64,000 bases of DNA from the NCBI GenBank assembly GCA_964016885.1, contig OZ024743.1:228656001-228720000 (forward strand), read 5' to 3'. Both the position numbers and the translations under genes were made by a program. This document shows positions 54,501-64,000 of this stretch, one piece after another. The DNA comes from Eledone cirrhosa. Its lineage: Eukaryota. How positions within the stretch are numbered: the first letter of the stretch is position 1; each line of letters opens with the position of its first letter. The notes beneath the pieces were generated by a model. The model saw nothing but the letters and a program-made list of their open reading frames with translations, was not told where the DNA came from and did not search any database.

Positions 54501-57500
54501 ATGCATTTCACTACAAAGATTTCCGTCTAGCAGTTTCTTTAAGAGGAAAGTAGAATTCAAGTAAACAAATTTGAATATGTCTATAATATGACTATAGTAT
54601 TTAGTGGAAATAATCAACAGGATCTGGAACAGCTCCCAAACACATCAATCGAATTAATAACTACAGAGTAATAATGACCAGGCAATCAGAACCTTTTAAA
54701 TATGAAATATTACAGATATGGAGTTTCATCTAATTAAGACGCTTCTCCATTAAGAAGAGAGAAGAAAGAGAAGTAAGACCAGATCAAATTGACCTCAAAA
54801 GGTCAAAATGAAATGTCTTAAATGCAGGGAAGAGAGAGAATTGGAGATAATCCACTTTTAGCAATGTGATTAAGTTGTTCTGACTGATGAATAAAGCACC
54901 TAAAGGATTTCTTATTTGGTCATTTCAATTTACTGGACACCAGATTAAAATTTAACTGACAAGAAAGATCAGTTTCTGACCAGTCCATTCCAATAATGTA
55001 AATTTGGCACCTAGATAGCATTGGAACGAAGGTGGAAGGCTCAGAAAAAGAGGGACAGAACTAGAGTTCAGTGAGGTATGGGACATCATGTGAGGTCCTT
55101 GGCAATGAGCACGATGAATAATGTTAGTAATCAGTTAATCTCCTGTCAACAGCAAAGATTAATTTGAGTGATGAGCAGTGTGTAGCACTCTCTGATAAAA
55201 AGGTTACATTAGCTGCCGGCTGCAAGCCAGTAATTCACTAATGGCACAAGATAATAGAAACATATTAATTAACATTAGCACACAGAAATCTCAGTTGCTA
55301 AAGAGATATGAAGATGATTGTAAATTGTGATGCAGAATCAAATTTTGAATGGTAGCTGAAACTTCACAGAGCCAAAACTGAATAGATTCTTCAATAGCAT
55401 TGGAATTTAAAGAATATCTTAGAACAGCATCAGCGTAGAGAAGATTTCAGTCAGACAATTGAAATATATTGATAACAAGAAAAATTGCTACATAAAAAGA
55501 AGATAGTTTAAAAATGTGGAAAATATTCTAAAAGATCATAAATGTACTCGAAAAAAAAAAGACATTTCAAAAATAGAAATCTCTAACAATAAAGTGATTT
55601 TATAAAAGAAATATTCATTAATTTTACAAAGCATTACTAATTTTTTTCTCCTTGCTTTTTCATATTCCAACTCTTAGTGGGAATGTATAGAAACGGTGGA
55701 AGTGAGGAATAAACAGAATAAATATGGGTAGTGAGTGAAAATGGTCACATATCAAAGTTTTACATCTCATGGAATAAATTGATAAAGAACAGGAATAAAT
55801 GGAGACAAGATAATCGCAAAGATTTACAACATGTAACATTTCAAATGACTTGTGATAAAATAAATGTGAAACCTTAAGAGACCTGAAAATTACAATGTTA
55901 ACTTCTAGCTAAATATTATATTGAATCAAATCAAAAACCAAAAGAGAAAAAAAAATGTCTTTAGTGTTTAATTAAGACATTTTAACAACATCAATATGAA
56001 GAGACACTATTACAAATGCTGCATCTGTTTTAGAAACCCATTTTATTAAAGGAGGTATCCAATCAACTATTTTCTATAAACAAAACAAGCACTTCCATAA
56101 TTCATTGAATATATGAATTTCTTTGTTATAATCATGAGAAAGAAAACATATTTTGAGAAAATATAAATATCATGAAAGATGAAAAACTAAATATTTTCAA
56201 CTATTTAAATGAAGACCATCAATTTAATATTTTGTAACATGTTTAGATTATGCAGTTTATAATATTGGTTCTAAAAGCTATTAGCTTATCTACAAATATG
56301 AATGGTGAATGCAACATGGCTAAATGGTTAAGAAGTTCACTTCTCAATCACTAGGTCAGAGGTTTGATCCCATTGCATGGCATCTTAGGCAAGAGCCTCA
56401 AGTCATCACATGAAGGAAATTCCAAAATAGATGTTAAATCAGTACTCAGTGTGGCCACATTTTTACATGGAGTTTATATCAATTCAAGTTTCTAAACAAA
56501 AGTTAACTCTAAATGCCTCGGCTCATATTTATTTTACTCAATAGATATCTTTTTCCATATCCACCCACTTATATCAGTTATTAACATAGTTCTCATCCAC
56601 CATTCTTTCCATAACCAAATGGCAAAAACATAAATAGAAATTAGTTTTCTCAGCTCCCACCACACATTAGTTACTCCAGACAATCACTGAACACAAGTAA
56701 TCAACCAAATAACAATCTGGTATTGTCAACACTAATTGACAGAGTGCAGGCTAAGTTATTATAACTAATCAGATACATATAGCCACTGATGCAGAGAAAA
56801 TTCTACTGTCCATCTTTCTCAACAAATATGTAATTGAATCAAGCAAATTGTACTGCAGTTGCCAACCTCTAACACAAAGCACTCTTCTCTTCCATCTCAT
56901 TTTGTTCCAAAATATGCAGCATCTAACAAGAGAAATTCTAACAAGTAAAATTCTATGAATTATTCCCATATCCTGTTCTTACAAAACTAAATGCAACTCT
57001 TTCACACTAAAGAGATGTGTGCACTCATAAAATGCTATGTTCCCAAATTCTACATTGTATTTAGACTAATTTCTGAAGACATTGCAAATTTTATTATTTT
57101 GCCTGTGTGCAAGAGCTTCATTGGTTCTGAGGATGAGTGTTCCACTTGATTCAATCAACGGAATAACCTTCTCAAGAAATGTATGTGGAAGTGGCTAAAC
57201 ATGTCACAGTCAGGCCCATCTTTACATAATTCTCTGCGATTCAGCATAGCAAGGCTGGCCTTTTGAATTACAAGTACAACTCATCTTTTTTAACTCCAGC
57301 TGACTGGATGGGAGCAATGTAAAATAACTTGTATTGCTCAATGACTCAATGCACCACTGGGATTCAAACTCACTGCCTTACAATTATGTGTCAAACAGCC
57401 TCACCACTTAGCCATGCACTTTCACAATATTTTGTCTACTAATAAATATATACATAAGATGGGAAATAAATTAACAACAGAACATTCCAAATGAATATTC

Positions 57501-60500
57501 TCATCTCTGATAAAAAGAAAAAAATATCATTTGCATCGGTCCCAGCAGGAATGACATCATATTAACAAACGTTTTTATGATTATATTTGCATTGCTAATA
57601 AGTTGTATATTTTGCTTTTTTATTATTTTACAAACTAAATAGAAAGAATTAAGCTTTCGTTATATCAATGCAAAGATGAACTAAGTTGAATGAGGTTAGG
57701 AAACACAAATTAAAGCATGTCAATATTAATTTAGAAAGGGCACTCATATGGATAGTCTATTCAACAAAGAGCAAGTTAGATAATGCCATTCAGATAAGAA
57801 AAAAAAGGACTTAGTTTGAATTTCGGAATAGATTTACCTACAAAGGACCAATAGAATTGTTCTATCACAGACCTCCTAAAACCAGCTCTGATTCTATGAT
57901 CCAAAGTTATTTATTTTAAAGTGATTATATTTATCTAAAACATTACAGCATTATGTTATTTCAACTACCAGCTTAATAATGAAGAAGCTGGCTATTTTAC
58001 TAAATCTTTACAAATTGTTTCTTATTTTTAAAATTATTTAAAAATCATAGGCAGTGTGTTTCACTAGAAATATGGTAATGACAAGGTTAAAACTAAAAAT
58101 TCTGTTATGTCTTAAACATTTCAAAGGGGATGTACATATTTAGGGAAGTGTATAGGAGTTCAATAACTCACTGATAATTTTAATGACAGATCAATTTGCA
58201 TCCAAACACAAAGATTAAGAAAAATATCTTCTGTTATTTCTTTATTTATAATTTCCCATCTCGCTACCACTGAAGTTGTGCAAATAAAAGGCAAAATCCA
58301 ATGCAGCCTGATACTAGTGTCATCACAATTCTTTTCTACCAGCTGAGTGGACCGAGGCAAAGTAAAATTTGAAATAAAGTGCCTTCTCCAAGGACACAAT
58401 GAGCTGACCAGTCCATGAACTTACAAACCTGATCCAACAACTTAACTTCTAAGTCATGTACCTATGAAAGGTTGATTACATTGTTGGTATATATAGAGAG
58501 AGAAAAAAATGGGTTGGGTTTCTAAAGAGCAACAGTATTTAACTCTTTCCTTGTTGTATTTTAATGAAATGCACTTTATTTCATTTAATTAATGAAAAAA
58601 TTAAGGATTTACTAAGCTTATTAATTATTTTATTATTAAGATAATAACTCAACAAATTTTATGCTGGAAGTTAATAATTTAAATAGAAACCTTGTAAAAT
58701 AGGTGATTTTATTTCATAGAACCAGAACTGGGTTTAGGTGGGTTGATGTCAAAATGTTTAAAATAAACAGCAGAATGCTGTTAAGTTTAGTTTACATTAA
58801 AAAGATCATCTTTCTCAAATCTAGAGACTAATCAGACCAGAGTTTATTTTGGTTTAATGTGGTGTTAAGTGGCTGAGAATACTTCTGTTTGTGGTAAGAT
58901 GCTCGTTTTCAGCTGAGTTGAATAGAGTATACACTGGACCACCAGCATGGAAGGTTATACATAAAATTGTGGTAATGAAGAATTTAGAAAAGGATTATAC
59001 ATAATAGTCGCGGCTTTGATAGAAATAAGGAAATAAAAACTTTTTCAATATGGATGTGTAAGATTAAAACACTTGCAAATCATTATCTATTGAAACAATT
59101 CTACAATGTCAACAAATTATTTTCCCCTCTATTCTATAAAGATTAATGCTATTCTCTGCACAAACATATCAAATAAGTCTGAATAGCAAATATATTTTTT
59201 GAGATTTCATAGATTAAATCTTCATTATAGGGATTCATTAATGACAACACTTTGTTCTATAATCAGATTAAAGGATCCTCTGTTCAAATATTTATGAAAG
59301 TGTTCTATTTTGACTTCCCCCATTGCAGAACCAACAATGATTTCTAAACTTTTTTTTTCTTTCCCAAGAGGATATCCCTGAGTTACTCAAAGTTCATAAT
59401 ATACTGAGCTGTTTGTATTGACCCTTTTGATACTGAACTCACTGAAACTTTCCTTGGTTCTGTCATACAGAAGTATTTGTATTAATCCAAAAAGCTCTTA
59501 TCATAATTTTATGTGAGACATCTTCATTAAGTTATACTGCATACACCATCTCAATAATGAGAGTTTCAGTTATTTTAATAAATCCCCACAAATTCTTGAT
59601 TATTTCCAAAATTATTTTTGAAATCATAGGTCAAGCTTTTTATTAGAAATATGATAATGGAAGAGTTAAAAACATGACATCTTTCTATAACCAGATTAAC
59701 AAATCATCTGTTCAAATAATTATTTTTCTCCCACTGCAGAAGCAACAATGACTTCTAAACATGTCCTATTTCCTAAGAGGATATCCCTGAAGTACCCAAA
59801 GTTCATAAAACATTGACCTGTTTTCATTAACAAGGTTGATTGCTTCTATAAAAGTAGAACAGGAAAAGTTTGAAACAGCCAAAAAACAAACAAGGGAACC
59901 CACTAAACGAGATGTTCAATGTTCCAGTTCTAGTTGTACTTCTATCATAAAAAAGGTTAAATGCTGATGAGTTAAAAAGAAGGAAGCATGCAGATAGTTA
60001 CAATAAAACTGTGGGAGGGGGAGCAAAAAAACACTATAAAGAAGCAGAAATTAAAAAGAAAATCAAGTTTAAATTTCCATAAATATAAGAAAAATAAAAT
60101 AAAAAGTAAGTTAAAAACCTTAAAATAAACCTCATTGGTGGCCGACAGAGAAAATTAAAAAAATTAGAACAGAACATTGTGAATGTAAAATCAGAATAAA
60201 ATATATAATAGGAAACAACGAAACAAAGCATAACATTCTATTTTAATTCTATATTATCTTTGAAATTTTATGAACTTTGGTATTACTAAGTAGCATTTAA
60301 TTTGTGGAAGAAAAACCAAAATTCTATTATTTTTCAGGAATCCTAACTCATAAAACTAGAAGCAGTGAGGGGGTGGATTACAGAACAACAACAACAAAAA
60401 AGATGAATAAAATACGAAAATAAAAATAAAAAATAGCGTAAAGAAAAACAGAAAAAAATGGAAAAATCCCTGAAACTCTTCAAATTTTATATTCGAGCAA

Positions 60501-61281
60501 AAATTTACAATTCTAATTCAACTAAAACCTTAATTACAGGTTCAGAAGAAAGAAAGCAAACAAGCTATCGTTTGAATTTAATGTTGTTATAACAAAACAA
60601 AATAGTATAAAAATATACCTTTTTTATGTTTAGATGGATTTTTTTTTTGTTTTTTTTTGTTTTTAGCAATTTAATTCACGTCATAATTTTAAGTAACAAA
60701 TAAAATAAAAATTTAAAAAGTATGTGCAGAGCATCAAATAAAATATTTTTTTAATTTATTTTTTACTCTCCTCCACCACTTGTTTTTTGCTCACCACCTC
60801 ACAGATTTTTTATTCCAGTCTTCCACCCATCTATTTCAACCATACACACATGTTAAAATAATGTTTTTATCACCACCTTTAAATCAAATCAAGTAGCCAG
60901 CTTCAGCATTTCAAACACTCACATGCTATTATTGTTTATGAACTATTACTAAACTATTTAGCTATGATGGGACTGGGGCTCTTATTATTAAAACACCTGA
61001 AACATCATATGAGATGCAACTTTGTAAAAGGTTACTTAAACCTGCTTAAGTATGACCTATCTATTTTTTCCTAGTTAGCTGTTTGATGTCAAGATTTCTT
61101 TTCAAAATTCAGTACCTATGAAGTACTGCATGAAAAACCAGCTCCGTGTTTCAGGAAGTACAGTGCCACAGGATCTATACCCCCTCAAACTTTCTATTTT
61201 AAAAAATAGTAATAATATCTCTAGTGCATGTGTGTTTATGTATGCATATTTGTTTGTTTGTGTGTATATGTATATATATAT

Positions 61282-62322
61282 CGGTGCTCAGGTGCAATAA
61301 GTAGCAGCAAAAACCCACAGAATACTAGCTCATTCCATTGCCCAGAAGGTTTCTTAGAAATAGTGGACACCTTCCGTTACCTGGGTGACAAAATCAGCAG
61401 TGGTGGAGGGTGCTCTGAAAGTACAGTAGCTAGAGTCAGAATGGGATGGAAAAAGTTCAGAGAGCTTATACCTCTATTCGCTGCTAAAGGTTTCTCTCTA
61501 AAAATGAAAGGCAGGCTGTATGATGCCTGCATACGAACAGGAAATGTTACATGGCAGTGAGACATGGGCACTGTGTGCAGAGGATCTACGGAGACTGAAA
61601 AGGAACGAAGCTTGCATGATCCATTGGATGTGAAATAGTAATATACGTGAATGGCAAAGCATAAATGAACTAAGTGAGAAATTAGGAATAAGAGGGATCA
61701 GATGCTGTTTACTCGAGAGAAGATAACGTTGGTATGGTCACGTGATGCACATGAAAGACAGCAGCTGTATAAAAAAAGTGCAGGGCGATCAAAATAGACG
61801 GTAGCTACGGAGTAGGCAGACCCAGAATAACCTGGGATGACTTGATAAATTCCGACCTCACACACTTACACCTCTCCAAGACAATGTCACTTTGGCGCTA
61901 CGCAGTAATACAGAAGACCCGCCTTGCCTAAGTACAAAGCGAAACCTACAGTCAGTAGGCACCTCTTAACCAAAATAACCCCCCCCCCCGTCCCACTACC
62001 CTACCCCCACCTACACCACCCCTTTCGATGTAAAGTTATGTTGGTACCACAACATCCAGTCCTAAATAAATGAGGTCGTGTAGGTGTCACGACAAAAAAA
62101 CACACAGTCCACGCTGAAATATGGCCGTTTAGGTAACATGGTAAAAACCTCCCAGTCCACACTGTAAACGTGGTTGGTGTTAGGAAGGGCATCCAGCTGT
62201 AGAAAACCCGCCAGACAGTCCTATGCGAGCAAGACAACCAATCTTGCCTCAAGTGGGACAATTCCCGTCCAAACCCATGCTAGCGTGGAAGATGGACGTT
62301 AAATGATGATGATGATGATGAT
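61282..62322 (+). mobile_element. RTE family A 3' fragment (frameshifts/stops)
   Basis: RCSGAISS...FRYLGDKISSGGGCSE, 3'UTR, (TGA)n, flanked by (TA)n. Confidence 0.95.
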
Positions 62323-64000
62323 ATATATATATTGTGTATGTGTGCATGCTTCTTTTTATTAGACCTCCACCAAACTTAAAAAGAGCTAAGCAGTCCATGT
62401 ATTTCCAGTAATCATTTCTAAATTCCAATAACAACAACAATGTCAATAGATATAAAATTAAAATCAAATTAATATTCTTTTCACATTCAGTTCTAAAAGA
62501 ATGTTTTAATTCAATTGATTGAGAAGCTCAATACAGCTAAATAAATAATTGGCTGTAATATATGTGTTCGACCTCTGTTGGTTCCAGCTGGAATGTGTGT
62601 GTGTTTGATAAACAGAACAGCCTGCTCATGAAAATTATACAGCAAATGGCTGAGCATTTCAATGACATATGCATAGTTAATATAGTTCTCAGGTCGATTC
62701 AGGTTGACACAGTGTGTGGTAAGGCTGACGTTTTGTATTACAGGTATAAGACATTTCGTTTTTAGGTAAATAAATTGGAACAGTGGGAAATAAAATATTA
62801 TCTCACAAACACTGCTGGGAATTGTACTCACAACCTTGCAATCATGAGCTAAACATCCCTAAGCATAAAGTCATTCACCTTCTCAAGATTGCCTCAGTAA
62901 ACCTTAGCATTATAGCATGACTCAACAGAAAAATGTATAAACTACATCTAAACCACATCATAGACCAAACAGAAGTAGGTATAATATATCCAATGTTTTA
63001 TTTAGTTGCCTCAACTGAAATGGGAATCGAACTTCTGATCTAGGAGTGCATGAAGTGATGATGTTTATCCATGTTGTCATGGTATCTCTAGGGTGATATA
63101 TAACTTGCCAAAATTGGTGCCTGATGCAGAGAAGTTTATGGAATTGCATAAAGAAAAAATATTCTATAGATATTTTAAGCCTAGGGTTGGGAAATGAGAA
63201 GTAAACATGCTTAATATCCTGTGAAATTATTTGAATAAACCCTGCTTGCGTTTCCCAGTGAGGAATACATTATGACAATGAAATTCTAGAGAAAGCCATC
63301 TGAGTAATTATTATCTTCACTATGAATAAAAATATTTAAATCTGCTCTGTTTGCAGCCATGTATATGAGCTGAATGACTCTATGGAAACAATCTCTGAAA
63401 ATATTCCATGCAGACTACTACTGAAACGATTTTCTAACAATGTTAAAATGCTGTTATCAATGTATTTTTAGAAATAAATCGAATGTTAAGCATGTAATAT
63501 GTGCGTAGTCTTCTTTCTGGGAAATGGAAAAAAAATTCATATTTTGGTTTTTAATAAATAAGATAGAGAAAACAAACTCTAAAATAATTTTCGAAATGAA
63601 AAAGCAAGATTAATGTTAATTCTCATGCTTATATAGTAAAGCTATGAAAAATCCTTTAGTTTACTGAAAAGAATTTCTTTAATAAAAATGAATGTTTAGA
63701 ATTAACATTTAATTAACTTCCAGCTTCATGAATATATTTTAATTAGGAAAAAATACTATTTTATAATGATATAATCTCTTTCTTTTCCTTTATTTAACTC
63801 TACTTGCTCAAGAAGTTTCATATATGTCCAGCCTCATTGCCATGCTTTGGTGCTCAGGAATGTGTTGGGGCTCAGAACATTCTGGACAGGAGCTCAGAAC
63901 ATTCTGGGCAGGAGCTCTTTCACAAAGAATGTACTTCAGGATGCTCTTTTTTCATAAACTATTTTCTAAATCTGAAGGTGCACTAATGAAAAGTAAATGG

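Overview
AT-rich, repeat-dominated eukaryotic non-coding DNA. The SINE, RTE-LINE and (TA)n content resembles an octopod cephalopod genome (inference). I found no host protein-coding gene; almost all ORFs in the track are microsatellite artefacts. The real coding sequence is retrotransposon-derived: several 5'-truncated RTE-clade LINEs from at least three families, two of them with a PHD-type C4HC3 finger inside the RT, plus a mariner fragment. There are also tRNA-derived SINEs, a TTAA-flanked MITE family and mini/microsatellites. The main unexplained signal is about a dozen short (40-500 bp), mostly microsatellite-embedded elements, many of them fold-backs. Several carry a complete or partial type I hammerhead ribozyme fold (CUGANGA...GAAA-stemIII-NUH), often followed by AATAAA, and several fold back at or near the predicted cleavage site. 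These look like non-autonomous Penelope-like/retrozyme-type relics. Also notable are a textbook recursive splice site with an all-frame poison exon on the minus strand (about 33.0 kb), repeated tail-to-tail retroelement pairs centred on (TA)n, and a twin-priming-type 5' inversion in a non-L1 LINE. All folds and alignments were done by eye.
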